A stretch of DNA of 64,000 nucleotides from an uncultured Candidatus Cloacimonadota bacterium (GCA_964521025.1 CAZFPK010000011.1:16033-80032); one strand, 5' to 3'; counted from the first letter of the stretch, positions 27,294 to 37,020 are shown. Numbers and translations are program-made. Notes: generated by a model not told the origin, from the letters alone.

Positions 27294-29075
27294 GTGTTAA
27301 GAAAATCAAGATTTGGACAATTATTAGTTGAAAGAGGTATTATCGATAAACCAACTCTCGATAAAGCCCTCCTTTATCAGGCTGATGAGGATCCGTCCAA
27401 TCCAAGAATGCTGGGAGATATCCTGGCTTCTGATTTTAAAATAGACCATGATAAAATATTTAGTTTGGTAGCTGACCTTTATGCTTTTAGAACCGTCGAG
27501 ATCGAACCTGAAAAATTTGAAGAAAAAAGAATAACCTATATCAATGATATATTCTCAAAATTCCACGATGAATTCTTAAACAAGTTATTGTTCAAAAAAA
27601 TTGTCCCCTTTAAAGTTCAAAAAAACAGAAAAAACTCTCTCCTGATGTTAGCAGCTAATCCTACCGATAGTCTCGTAGAAGAAATCCCTAAATTTTCCGA
27701 ATTCAAAAAATATGAGGTTGCGTATTGTCGTCTCGAATCGATCCAGGCTCTGATAAATATCATTGCTCCCCAGAAAAACGAATTCCTGGAATTGTTAGAA
27801 GAAGCTGCAGGACAAATGCAGGAAGTTGCTGACATCGATGAGAATGAAATCGATGAATTTGCTTTAGACGAGGAAATCAATAAAAGCCTTCTGGTTAATC
27901 TTTATGAAGGATGCTTGATCGAAGCGGTTCGCAAGGGATCAAGCGATGTTCATATCATCCCATTTCAGCATTCGTGTGTAGATATCATTTTTAGGATAGA
28001 TGGAAATCTGCATCGCTGGCACAGACAGGAAAATACTTCGCCTGAAGCAATGGCAGCCGTGGTCAAAGATAGAGCTTCCGGAATCGATAGATTTGAAAGA
28101 GGTACTGCTCAAGACGGATTTGCACAGAGAGCCGTTGACGGTCATTTGATCAGGTTCAGAATATCTATCATACCGATTGTATCTTCAGAATTTGAAAGAA
28201 GATTTGAGAGTATTGTTATCAGGATCGTCGATGATAGAAATGTTATTACCGATCTGAAAAAACTCGGGTTACAAATACAAGCTGAGAAAGATTTTGTCAA
28301 AGCCATCACTAAATCAAAAGGAATCGTCCTTTTAACCGGACCAACCGGCAGCGGAAAAAGTACAACTTTGATGGCTGCTTTTCACCATACTATCGATCCA
28401 ACCAAAAATGTCCTCACTTGCGAAGATCCGGTTGAATATGTTATTAAAGGCGCCAGACAATTAAAGATCGGTCGTAAGTTCAGTTTCGAGCTGGCGATCA
28501 GGTCTATTCTCAGGCATGATCCGGATATAGTTATGGTCGGTGAAATCAGAGATAAAATTACGGCAGATGTTGCCATTAAATTAGCAAATACCGGTCATCT
28601 GACTTTTTCTACGCTTCACACAAATGATGCTCCCAGTGCTATTTCCCGTTTATTTAAAATTGGAGTCGAACCCTTTCTCCTGGCTTATGCAATGAATCTT
28701 ATCGTAGCTCAGAGATTAGTGAGAAGACTTTGCCCTGAATGTAAAGTTCCTCTTACAAAAGAAAAATACCAATCTGCACTCGATATCGGACTGACCGAAG
28801 ATGATCTGAAATCAAAATTGATTTATGAGGCTGGTCCGGGTTGTAAAAAATGTTTAGATGGTTATAAAGGAAGAGTGAATATTTGCGAAGCTCTCTATTT
28901 TACACCTGAGATCAGAAAAGCAATCGTCGAATCCGGGGAAGAGATCGATGAAGAAAATATCAGGCAAATTGCCGAAAAGCAGGGAATGTTATCCCTGCTG
29001 CAATCCGGTCTGGATAGAGTCAGGAATTCCCTGACTACAATATCGGAAGTTACTTATGCAACTTCGGGAGATTAA
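27294..29075 (+). CDS. pilB: Pilus/T2SS assembly ATPase (GspE/PilB family)
   Basis: GTG start. The N-terminal T2SSE_N-like region is FGQLLVERGIIDKPTLDKAL. Walker A is GPTGSGKSTT, Walker B is DPDIVMVGEIRD and the His box is TGHLTFSTLHTNDA. The tetracysteine motif is CPECK...CKKC. Confidence 0.9.
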   Translation: MLRKSRFGQLLVERGIIDKPTLDKALLYQADEDPSNPRMLGDILASDFKIDHDKIFSLVADLYAFRTVEIEPEKFEEKRITYINDIFSKFHDEFLNKLLFKKIVPFKVQKNRKNSLLMLAANPTDSLVEEIPKFSEFKKYEVAYCRLESIQALINIIAPQKNEFLELLEEAAGQMQEVADIDENEIDEFALDEEINKSLLVNLYEGCLIEAVRKGSSDVHIIPFQHSCVDIIFRIDGNLHRWHRQENTSPEAMAAVVKDRASGIDRFERGTAQDGFAQRAVDGHLIRFRISIIPIVSSEFERRFESIVIRIVDDRNVITDLKKLGLQIQAEKDFVKAITKSKGIVLLTGPTGSGKSTTLMAAFHHTIDPTKNVLTCEDPVEYVIKGARQLKIGRKFSFELAIRSILRHDPDIVMVGEIRDKITADVAIKLANTGHLTFSTLHTNDAPSAISRLFKIGVEPFLLAYAMNLIVAQRLVRRLCPECKVPLTKEKYQSALDIGLTEDDLKSKLIYEAGPGCKKCLDGYKGRVNICEALYFTPEIRKAIVESGEEIDEENIRQIAEKQGMLSLLQSGLDRVRNSLTTISEVTYATSGD

Positions 29076-29078
29076 ATT

Positions 29079-29513
29079 ATGGGCAACGGTCAAATGCTAC
29101 AAATCCTGCTTGCTTTAATACTTTTTTCAACTACTCTAATTACTATTTACAATAGTTTATATGACCAGGCTGAATTTGTTTATAGCGGAATGTATTATAT
29201 CCAGGGACAGAAAATTGTTGATAAATATTTAATGAAGCTCGAGTCTGAACTTATCGGCGATGTTAGTACCTATCTGGATATCTATTCTGATTATCACGAT
29301 TCTACTACAACGATGAATGTAAATACTGTTACTTATAATATTCATATCACAACTGTTTTTTGTGACTCGACAGGAATGATACATTATCCTTATTCTCCAT
29401 ATGAACCATATCAAAAAGTTAATTTGAGCATTTGGTGCAAAGCAACTATTACTGATACTTTATATATTGGAACGGATACAAATCCAATAAGTGAAGTTTT
29501 TAAAGATTTGTAA
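29079..29513 (+). CDS. Minor pilin-like protein
   Basis: The N-terminus is MGNGQMLQILLALILFSTTLITIYNSL (same M-G-x3-[IVM]-L plus hydrophobic helix as the major pilin-like genes). The start is 3 nt after the pilB stop. Confidence 0.6.
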   Translation: MGNGQMLQILLALILFSTTLITIYNSLYDQAEFVYSGMYYIQGQKIVDKYLMKLESELIGDVSTYLDIYSDYHDSTTTMNVNTVTYNIHITTVFCDSTGMIHYPYSPYEPYQKVNLSIWCKATITDTLYIGTDTNPISEVFKDL

Positions 29514-29525
29514 AAAAAGGAAATC

Positions 29526-30125
29526 ATGGGAACAACAGGTGTTTTAGAATCGATAGGTGCTTTGATAATCGGAGGAATATTTCTGGTTATGATATTCAAT
29601 GCTTACTCAAATGTCAATGTTATGAGTCATAATATCAACATGCAGGTAACAGCTAATCAAATATCGGAAAGTGTTTCTTCTCTGCTGGGTTCTGTCTATC
29701 TTTCAAAGGTTGGTGCAGGTGTTGATACTTCGGCTGTTGCTATCACATTAGCTAAAAAAAGGAGATTTAAATTTTTAGGAAAAATCAATCCTGATGATGA
29801 AACCGATAGCGAGATATTCATATATCAATCAGGATATAATGAGACTTACGGTGGTTATGCTTTAAGAGTTAAAATTAACGGGTCTGTGGATGCCGGTCCT
29901 TTCTGGATGTCCACAAAGATTGTTTTCAAATATTATGATGTAAATGAGAATCAATTTACATATTCCGAACTAAATAATGCGGCAAATAGAGATTTAGTTC
30001 GCTCGGTTAGAATCCAGTTCGAATTATTTCAGAATCCTCTGTCATTGGATGGTCAACCAGCCGAGATCAAACAAAAAATGGTATTCTGGAAATATTTCAA
30101 GAATCTATATTTAGGTAGTTCTTAA
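29526..30125 (+). CDS. Minor pilin-like protein
   Basis: The N-terminus is MGTTGVLESIGALIIGGIFLVMIFNAY. An RBS aaggaaa is present and the gene is in the operon. Confidence 0.6.
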   Translation: MGTTGVLESIGALIIGGIFLVMIFNAYSNVNVMSHNINMQVTANQISESVSSLLGSVYLSKVGAGVDTSAVAITLAKKRRFKFLGKINPDDETDSEIFIYQSGYNETYGGYALRVKINGSVDAGPFWMSTKIVFKYYDVNENQFTYSELNNAANRDLVRSVRIQFELFQNPLSLDGQPAEIKQKMVFWKYFKNLYLGSS

Positions 30126-30190
30126 GAAGGTTTTGGTAAGTATGATGTTTGAGGGAGACTTTAATCTGATAAAAATAATAGGAGGTTATC

Positions 30191-31366
30191 ATGAGTAAAA
30201 TCATTGTTTTATCAGTGGTTGTGGCTGCAGCGGTTTTTGCTTCTGTTGCCGTAACAGTCCAGAAAAGAACATCAGAAGTGTCGGATGTGATTTCCGCAGA
30301 TCTCAACGAAATTCAAGGAAGAGCATGTGGAAATCTGGCAATGTCTTATGCTATTAAACAAGTACAGGACGGGTTTATTCCTTTTACTCAAGAGGGTTAT
30401 TTGGAAACATTCCCCAATTTTAATGTGTTAAGCGGTAGTATCGATAGTATCCGGTATACTACCAATGCAGCTCAAGATACGATCCAGATAATTTCTTATG
30501 TGAATACATCTTATATGGGTCAGGATATTTTTCATAAAAGTCAGGCTGGTATTGGTTTACAAGGTGGTTCTCTTCCCGGAATTGTCGCACACTGGTTGAT
30601 GGATGATGATTATTGGAGCGGTACGAATAATGATGTTATCGACGGCACAAATTTTCATCATCATGGAATTGCTTATAGTGGTGCTCATACTGTTGAAGAC
30701 TCACCCGGTTATCCATTCGATAAAGTCGGTAAATTCGATGGTTATAACGACTATGTTGAAATGCCTGTCGGTGTTTGTGACAAATATAATGATGAGATGA
30801 CCGTGACTGTAGGTGTAAAAATCGAAAGACTACCTCTTTTTGATATCGATTGGGGAATCCTGGCTACTGAATACCGGACTACTGATTGGGGTTTTGTTCC
30901 CGTCTGGAGTATGAGAGCTTTTACTTTTAGATTTTTGTGGTGGTATTATGTCAGGTGTTACCTTTTTGTGTTCACTGATAATGGTATAAAATATACCGGA
31001 ATTCAAAAATGCGGAAGTCAAGGTCAAATTTACAAATGGCACAGTGTTGCTGCCATTTATGACGGCAGTACTTCCAATCCTACTATTACTGTAAAAGTCG
31101 CTCATACGGGTTTAAAGGGTACAACTACGATCGGAGAAGGTAATCAATGGACAGGAAGAAATCCTGATAATATTATCTCGGTTGGTGGAAGGGACGGGAT
31201 TATTCCGCCGTTAGCCTGTTTCGACGGTAAATTAGCCGGAGTGGGTATTTGGGATCGAGCTTTGACCGATTTGGAAATCGATGATCTGTTCGATGAATAT
31301 GCTCAAGGGAATACACCTGTTAATGCAGATGGAATTACCATCAATATAGTTTATTGGAGCGAGTAA
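30191..31366 (+). CDS. Pilin-like protein with a C-terminal LamG/concanavalin-like lectin domain (candidate tip adhesin)
   Basis: The N-terminus is MSKIIVLSVVVAAAVFASVAVTV. LamG_3-like motifs are HWLMDDD...GKFDGYNDYVEMP...WHSVAAIYDG...FDGKLAGVGIWDRALTDLEIDDLF. RBS AGGAGG. Confidence 0.65.
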   Translation: MSKIIVLSVVVAAAVFASVAVTVQKRTSEVSDVISADLNEIQGRACGNLAMSYAIKQVQDGFIPFTQEGYLETFPNFNVLSGSIDSIRYTTNAAQDTIQIISYVNTSYMGQDIFHKSQAGIGLQGGSLPGIVAHWLMDDDYWSGTNNDVIDGTNFHHHGIAYSGAHTVEDSPGYPFDKVGKFDGYNDYVEMPVGVCDKYNDEMTVTVGVKIERLPLFDIDWGILATEYRTTDWGFVPVWSMRAFTFRFLWWYYVRCYLFVFTDNGIKYTGIQKCGSQGQIYKWHSVAAIYDGSTSNPTITVKVAHTGLKGTTTIGEGNQWTGRNPDNIISVGGRDGIIPPLACFDGKLAGVGIWDRALTDLEIDDLFDEYAQGNTPVNADGITINIVYWSE

Positions 31367-31522
31367 TTCTATTAAAAAGTAAACACAAAACTGTGTAAAT
31401 GAAAAATCAGGTTTTGGCAGTATAAAAAATATTGTCTGTCAAAATCTCGGCATTTCGTTTTGCGGGAGAATGGGTGATTTCTATATCTATTTCTTCATTT
31501 GAGAATTCGAGTAGGAGGATGA

Positions 31523-32458
31523 ATGGACAAAAAAATATATGATAATGAAAGAATAATGAAATTCTGGTGGGGAAAAATCCGATGGTTTATGGTTGTCGTA
31601 CTTTTTGCAATTGGAATATTACAAATGCAGAAAAGTCCGCAATCTTTCCCGGCTGTTATTTTTATAGCAGTATTTGCCGGAACACTGGTTTTGAATATTT
31701 TATTCCATCTCAATATCATCAGAATCAACAACCTGATCGCTGCGATCCAAATAACTCTCGATATTGTTTTCTCAACTATTGTCGTTCACTTGACAGGAGG
31801 ATTAGAAAGTTCATTCGTCTGGATCTATCTATTAGGTGTAATAACTGCCAGTTTATCGATCGAAAAAACAGGGGGATTCATCGCTTCATTGATCAGTTCT
31901 CTTTCTCTTCTGGGACTGATCTTGCTTTATAATTATAAATGGCTGATCCCGATGAGTGATGCGGAACATATTGTTGACTATCCTGTACAGACAATTTTTC
32001 TCATTTCTTATACAGGATTGATGATAGCAGTTGCTTTTATGGCTAATTATTTTAGTGACCTGGTCAAAAGACTGAATTCTAATAAATTTATTAACCAGGA
32101 AAAAATAAAGAAACTGAATGAGGACAAATCAAAATTAGAAACCTTTAAAATCGAACAAGAAAGAAAAATTAAAGAAAACAATCAGCTAATTAAGGCAGCT
32201 ACTTCAGTAGCAGTTATCGATCATAAACTGAATAATCACCTGACTATTATTTCATTAGCAGTGAAGAGAATAAAAAGAGCAGGAATGGAATATAAAGATG
32301 AAAAATTAGAAAAATACGGTAATCAAATGACAGATGCACTGAATAAAATCGAAGAAGTTTTGAAAAGTGTGCAAAAGTTGAAACAATTAAAAGTAATCAA
32401 AGAAGCTCGAAAAAAAGAGCAAGGATTATCAGATGAAGAAGAATATTTTAATAGTTGA
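31523..32458 (+). CDS. Polytopic membrane protein with a coiled coil and an H-box-like helix but no ATPase domain
   Basis: About 6 TM segments, then a Lys/Glu-rich coiled coil, then AVIDHKLNNHLTIISLAVKRI (dHp-like). The protein ends 60 aa later. It overlaps the downstream REC gene by 26 nt. Confidence 0.55.
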   Translation: MDKKIYDNERIMKFWWGKIRWFMVVVLFAIGILQMQKSPQSFPAVIFIAVFAGTLVLNILFHLNIIRINNLIAAIQITLDIVFSTIVVHLTGGLESSFVWIYLLGVITASLSIEKTGGFIASLISSLSLLGLILLYNYKWLIPMSDAEHIVDYPVQTIFLISYTGLMIAVAFMANYFSDLVKRLNSNKFINQEKIKKLNEDKSKLETFKIEQERKIKENNQLIKAATSVAVIDHKLNNHLTIISLAVKRIKRAGMEYKDEKLEKYGNQMTDALNKIEEVLKSVQKLKQLKVIKEARKKEQGLSDEEEYFNS

Positions 32459-33287
32459 TGACGAACCAAGTGTAAGAGATATCTGCAAAGATATTCTCGA
32501 AGATGAGGGTTATCGAGTAACTGTTGCAGTCGATGGTCAGGATGCTATCGATAAAATGGATTATTTTGATTTTGATCTTTTTCTGGTAGATTTGTCTATG
32601 CCCAGGATAAGCGGTCTGGAATTAATGAAAGTCATCAAAAATAAACAACCTTTTGCTGTTATTATCATCTTGACCGGATTTGCCAGTGTCCATGGAGCTG
32701 TCAAAGCAATCCATGAAGGAGCTTTCCATTACATCGCCAAACCTACTGATCCTGATGAACTAATCTATGTTGTGAAAAAAGGATTGCAATATTCCGATGA
32801 CCTATATGGTCCCTTGCAAAATGCATTCGAACCCGCAACTGATAATGAATTAAAGCGAAAACCGATTATCCTGAATGGTTTCAACCAGAAAGACAGGGAT
32901 GATTTTATTGAATTAGGAAATTTCCGAAAATATGATCTCGGAATGCATATACCGATCAGTGAAGAAATCGAAGGGCAGATCATTTTAATAGAAGACGGAG
33001 AAGTTTCAGTCTGGCTGAATAATACGATCATCGATTATCTCGAGAAAATGGACTCTTTCGGAGAAGAAACATTGATCTTAAAACAACCTTCTATCACAAA
33101 ATTGAGAGCTGAAACGCTTGTTAAGATCCGGCATTTTAACAGGCAGAAATTACTTGATTTCTTTTCTTATAAAGGAGAAAAACTTTTTAAGAGATTTATG
33201 ATAAATCTGATCAATAATTCATTTTATAAATGGCGAAAATCCGTGCAAAGAATAGTTATGTTAAAACTTTCAACCGGTGAAAAATAA
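32433..33287 (+). CDS. Response regulator receiver fused to a cyclic-nucleotide-binding-like (Crp-type beta-barrel) domain
   Basis: REC is ILIVDDEPSVRD...LFLVDLSMPRISG...IILTGF...KP. The C-terminal GQIILIEDGEVSVWLN...FGEETLIL...AETLVKIRHF resembles cNMP-binding folds. Confidence 0.65.
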   Translation: MKKNILIVDDEPSVRDICKDILEDEGYRVTVAVDGQDAIDKMDYFDFDLFLVDLSMPRISGLELMKVIKNKQPFAVIIILTGFASVHGAVKAIHEGAFHYIAKPTDPDELIYVVKKGLQYSDDLYGPLQNAFEPATDNELKRKPIILNGFNQKDRDDFIELGNFRKYDLGMHIPISEEIEGQIILIEDGEVSVWLNNTIIDYLEKMDSFGEETLILKQPSITKLRAETLVKIRHFNRQKLLDFFSYKGEKLFKRFMINLINNSFYKWRKSVQRIVMLKLSTGEK

Positions 33288-33454
33288 AAAAAATCTATTT
33301 TTATCGATGAAAATATTTTATAATTTTATATATTATTTAATAAGTATCAAGGTGAAAAAACAAACTGAAATGTATATTAAATTCAGATTAAACAAAATAG
33401 ATGTTGCCTTAAATTTCAAGAAAATTAATTTTGACTCTGAATATTGGGTGAGCA

Positions 33455-34666
33455 ATGAATTTGTCATTTATTGAAGAATTACAGGTAAATCTGTCCGATT
33501 TTATTACAGGTCTGAACCGTTTTCAGCGAATCGATAAATTATTATATGAAAATGTAAACTGGAGGAAAGAAACTCACGAACATTTCAGATACCTGCTTTC
33601 TTATATGAAAAAAAAAAATGCTTCTGATATGGATGTCGGAGGACCAGGAACTAATGGAAAAATCTGGCTAAGGATTTATGGAAACAAAACACCTTGTGAT
33701 GATATGCCCCTTTATCATGATGATGAAATTATTGTTCTTCTGTTAAATGCTTTAAATGAAACACAGAAAAAAATCCTGTTTGAAAAGAAAAATATAGATT
33801 TCTCCGTAGAATTGTTATTCGACGGTGAGGAGCGAGCTAATCGTTTCAGAGGTGATGTATATTTTGACAGAAATTGTATCGCGGCAAATTTTAGAAAAAT
33901 AGACCAAAAAGTTCGAAATATTAAACGGTTAAGTTTCCCGGATAATATTACGAAAAGATTAAATCTTTATTATGAAAAATCCGGTTTATACCTGATAACA
34001 GGTATTTCGGGTTCAGGTAAAAGTGCTACTCTCGACTCTATTGTCGATATGAACAATCGTACCAATAAAGCACATATCGTGATTATCGGGGATCCTATTG
34101 AATTTATTCATGAATCTGTTAAATGTATTATCAGGCATAGAAATGTGGGTGACGATGTCTTGAGTTTTAGAGAGGGAACAATTCAAGCATTAAGACAGGA
34201 TCCGGATATAATTATCGTGGGTGAGATGAGAGATCCTGAAACCATCGATACAGTTATTGAAGTTACCGATAGCGGTCATAAAGTATATACAACATTACAC
34301 ACCAGCTCGGCAATCGACAGTATTCACAGGATAATTGGGGAATTTCAACCAACTGAACAGGACAGGATAAGAATGAGATTGGCTGATGTTCTCAAAGTAT
34401 GTATTTCCCAGAAATTGATTCCGGATAATAAAGGAAAATTGATCCTATCCAAAGAGATTCTTTCTGTGGATAGTTCCGTGAAAGCTGCAATCAGGAATAA
34501 AAATATCGGTGAGATATATCAAATGATGGTAGAAGGAAAAAGAAAGGGAATGATGACTCTTGAACAGGATCTTCTAAATTTATATAAAAAAAATGTGATT
34601 TCCAGAGATACGCTATTAAATTATTCAAATAACAGGAAAATAATGTCTCAAATGCTGCAAATTTAA
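33455..34666 (+). CDS. pilT: Twitching-motility-type retraction ATPase (PilT/PilU family)
   Basis: Walker A is GISGSGKSATL. Also present are DPDIIIVGEMRD, SGHKVYTTLHTSSA and an AIRN-type motif (AAIRNKNIGEIYQMM). It has a ~150-aa N-terminal extension. Confidence 0.85.
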   Translation: MNLSFIEELQVNLSDFITGLNRFQRIDKLLYENVNWRKETHEHFRYLLSYMKKKNASDMDVGGPGTNGKIWLRIYGNKTPCDDMPLYHDDEIIVLLLNALNETQKKILFEKKNIDFSVELLFDGEERANRFRGDVYFDRNCIAANFRKIDQKVRNIKRLSFPDNITKRLNLYYEKSGLYLITGISGSGKSATLDSIVDMNNRTNKAHIVIIGDPIEFIHESVKCIIRHRNVGDDVLSFREGTIQALRQDPDIIIVGEMRDPETIDTVIEVTDSGHKVYTTLHTSSAIDSIHRIIGEFQPTEQDRIRMRLADVLKVCISQKLIPDNKGKLILSKEILSVDSSVKAAIRNKNIGEIYQMMVEGKRKGMMTLEQDLLNLYKKNVISRDTLLNYSNNRKIMSQMLQI

Positions 34667-34683
34667 ACGAGAATTGGTGAATT

Positions 34684-37020
34684 ATGAGTAAAAAAGAACA
34701 ATTTGCTTTCGGTATTTTTCAGGATGGATTAACCATTAAAGTAGCTCAATTGGTTTCAGCCAAAGGGGATGTAAAAATTCAACAATTATTAGACACAACT
34801 TTGTCATATCATCTGTTTTTGAGCGATAAAACCGAAGGAAAAGGATTCCACGAGCTTACTGATTATGAGGATGACGAATTTTCCGGGGAAGTGCAAACAC
34901 CGGAAGAAATATCAGAATTTGAAATTACCGAAGAAGTTAAAGAAGAAGAAGAAGAAATTGAAAAATCAGGCAAAAGTGAATTACAGAGTCTGCTTGTAAA
35001 TTTTCCTCTGGATCGGGGAAAGCTCTCACTGAATACAAATGAAGAGCAGATTTCATATCATAAATTTGATAAGAGTTTTACGAAAACAAAAATCATCAAA
35101 TACTTGAAAAAAGAAGTCCTTTCAAAGGAAGACATCAAGAAAAATAATTACACTCTCGGCATGATCTTCAACAAAGACAAATCGAGTCTGGCTTTTGTTC
35201 ACAAAGGAGAAAATGATCTTTTAAATGCTGTGCAGGACCTGAATTTCCAGTATTCCAGGAAAAAATATTTTTATAGTTATATCGACACTAACGAAATATC
35301 GCTGATGAATCTGGTTAGACACAACTATGATTATACTGATGAAGATTTTGTGATGATCTTATACATCGGAAAAGAGTTTAAAACAGCTATCATAATGCGC
35401 GGAAAAGAACATTTCAAAACTTTACCCATAATCATTCCCGATGTTGACCAGGAAAAAACGAGACAATCTATATTTTCCAAAATATTATTAGAACAGGATA
35501 TATCTAATTTTCCTATTACGCAGAATATTCTGATAGCCGGCGAATTTGTAACTCCTGATGATATTGAATTCTTCTCCAAAAATTTCGGAACCATGTCTAA
35601 GGTAAGTCGCCTGGAACTTTCTCAGATCGATACGGTTGAAGTATCAGAAGCAGAAATAACAGAAGAGACAAAAGCTGCTTTTGCTATTCCGATCGCTTTA
35701 GCCTGGAAAACTCTTACCCCAAAGAACAAGAATTTTTATTCGACTAACCTGCTTCCAAAAGATATCATTGAAAGACAAAAACATTTTAAAATTGCCTGGC
35801 ATGGATTTGTCTTGCTTGCTGCTATCTTCTTTTTTGCTCTCATCGGAACGATGAAAAATCTTCAATTAAAAAGGGATATACTTGAAATCGACAAAACTGT
35901 AATTACTTTGGATGGAGAACTCAGCCAGACAAAAGAATTGATCCTTAAAATTAACGAAGTTAAAGAAAGACGAGGGCATTTTGAAAAGAACCTGGAATTA
36001 ATAGAGGGTATTACCGGTAGCAAAAATCAATGGTTTTACATCCTGAATGTTATTTCTGAAGCTTTTAACAGAAATCGCATTAGCTGGCTGAATGACCTGA
36101 AAAGCTTAGCTAATAAATTTCAAATAACAGGTTATACAAGCAATAGACGGCATATTTTAAAGTTTACAAAATTATTTCCTGATGGACGGATATCAAAGAT
36201 TATTAAAGAAAAAATTGAAGATGTGGAAGTATGGAAATTTGATATATCTTTTTCTTATCCTGATCCGAAATTATCCTCCGCAAAAAATCTGAATATTCCT
36301 AAGAAAAAGTCAGCGACAATTGATTTGTTTGAAAAATCGGATAAAGAAAGAGAAGATAAAACTGAGATTCCTGAATCAAGCAATCTTATCACAAACGATT
36401 TGTACGCAATAAAATTCTATGCAGGCGATGATTACGACCAGGCAAAAAAGACAAAGAAAAAATTTGAAGATGCCGGTTATAAATCAAGAATAGAAGATTT
36501 TTCTGATGCCGGCGGAATCGTTTATGAAATAGTATTAAATAAATATCTTCCCAAAAAAAGAGCAGAAGAAATGGGAAATCAAATAAAAAAGCAGTTCAAT
36601 GAGGTCGATTATTACAATATTTCAAAAATAGATTTAGCTGATCCGGCAGATATACCTGAAATATATAACAACATCGCTGAACTTTATTTTGCCGGGATGA
36701 TCGATGAAACTTTTGATAAATTGAAAGACTTCACTGATAATTTTCCTGAACATTCACTCGTTTATAACGCAAACTATCTCAAAGGCGAATGTTTATATTT
36801 TCAAAAGGAATATGGGCAAGCTCGTGAAATCTTTCAGGAAATCATCCGGCAGAAAGGTATAAAAAAACCCGATGCTCTAATGATGATGGGAAATTCTTAT
36901 AAAAAAGAAAATAATACCGAACAAGCTGTTCATTTCTGGAACAAGCTGATCAACGAATTTCCGGAAAATGAGCTGACTGAAATAGCAGAAAATAAAATAA
37001 AAGATTTAAGGGAAAATTAA
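34684..37020 (+). CDS. Fusion protein: PilM-like actin-fold domain, TM/PilN-like segment, SPOR domain and TPR/YbgF-like repeats
   Basis: The N-terminus is FAFGIFQDGLTIKVAQL...VMILYIGKEFKTAIIM...ILIAGEF (PilM-like) with an acidic insert (EEVKEEEEEIEK). The TM segment is WHGFVLLAAIFFFALIG. The SPOR-like region is YAIKFYAGDDYDQAKKTKKKFEDAGYKSRIE...YEIVLNKY. TPR repeats lie at the C-terminus. Confidence 0.6.
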   Translation: MSKKEQFAFGIFQDGLTIKVAQLVSAKGDVKIQQLLDTTLSYHLFLSDKTEGKGFHELTDYEDDEFSGEVQTPEEISEFEITEEVKEEEEEIEKSGKSELQSLLVNFPLDRGKLSLNTNEEQISYHKFDKSFTKTKIIKYLKKEVLSKEDIKKNNYTLGMIFNKDKSSLAFVHKGENDLLNAVQDLNFQYSRKKYFYSYIDTNEISLMNLVRHNYDYTDEDFVMILYIGKEFKTAIIMRGKEHFKTLPIIIPDVDQEKTRQSIFSKILLEQDISNFPITQNILIAGEFVTPDDIEFFSKNFGTMSKVSRLELSQIDTVEVSEAEITEETKAAFAIPIALAWKTLTPKNKNFYSTNLLPKDIIERQKHFKIAWHGFVLLAAIFFFALIGTMKNLQLKRDILEIDKTVITLDGELSQTKELILKINEVKERRGHFEKNLELIEGITGSKNQWFYILNVISEAFNRNRISWLNDLKSLANKFQITGYTSNRRHILKFTKLFPDGRISKIIKEKIEDVEVWKFDISFSYPDPKLSSAKNLNIPKKKSATIDLFEKSDKEREDKTEIPESSNLITNDLYAIKFYAGDDYDQAKKTKKKFEDAGYKSRIEDFSDAGGIVYEIVLNKYLPKKRAEEMGNQIKKQFNEVDYYNISKIDLADPADIPEIYNNIAELYFAGMIDETFDKLKDFTDNFPEHSLVYNANYLKGECLYFQKEYGQAREIFQEIIRQKGIKKPDALMMMGNSYKKENNTEQAVHFWNKLINEFPENELTEIAENKIKDLREN

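Noticed and set aside
31448-31464. Sigma-54-like CGGCATTTCGTTTTGCG upstream of the 31523 membrane protein
   Set aside because: The GG-N11-GC spacing is off by one. It is uncertain without a PWM score or TSS data.
33277-33474. 65-aa ORF in the AT-rich gap before pilT
   Set aside because: It is extremely AT-rich and Lys/Ile/Asn/Phe/Tyr-rich, has no RBS, and overlaps the ends of both flanking genes. The gap is more likely an internal promoter or UTR region.
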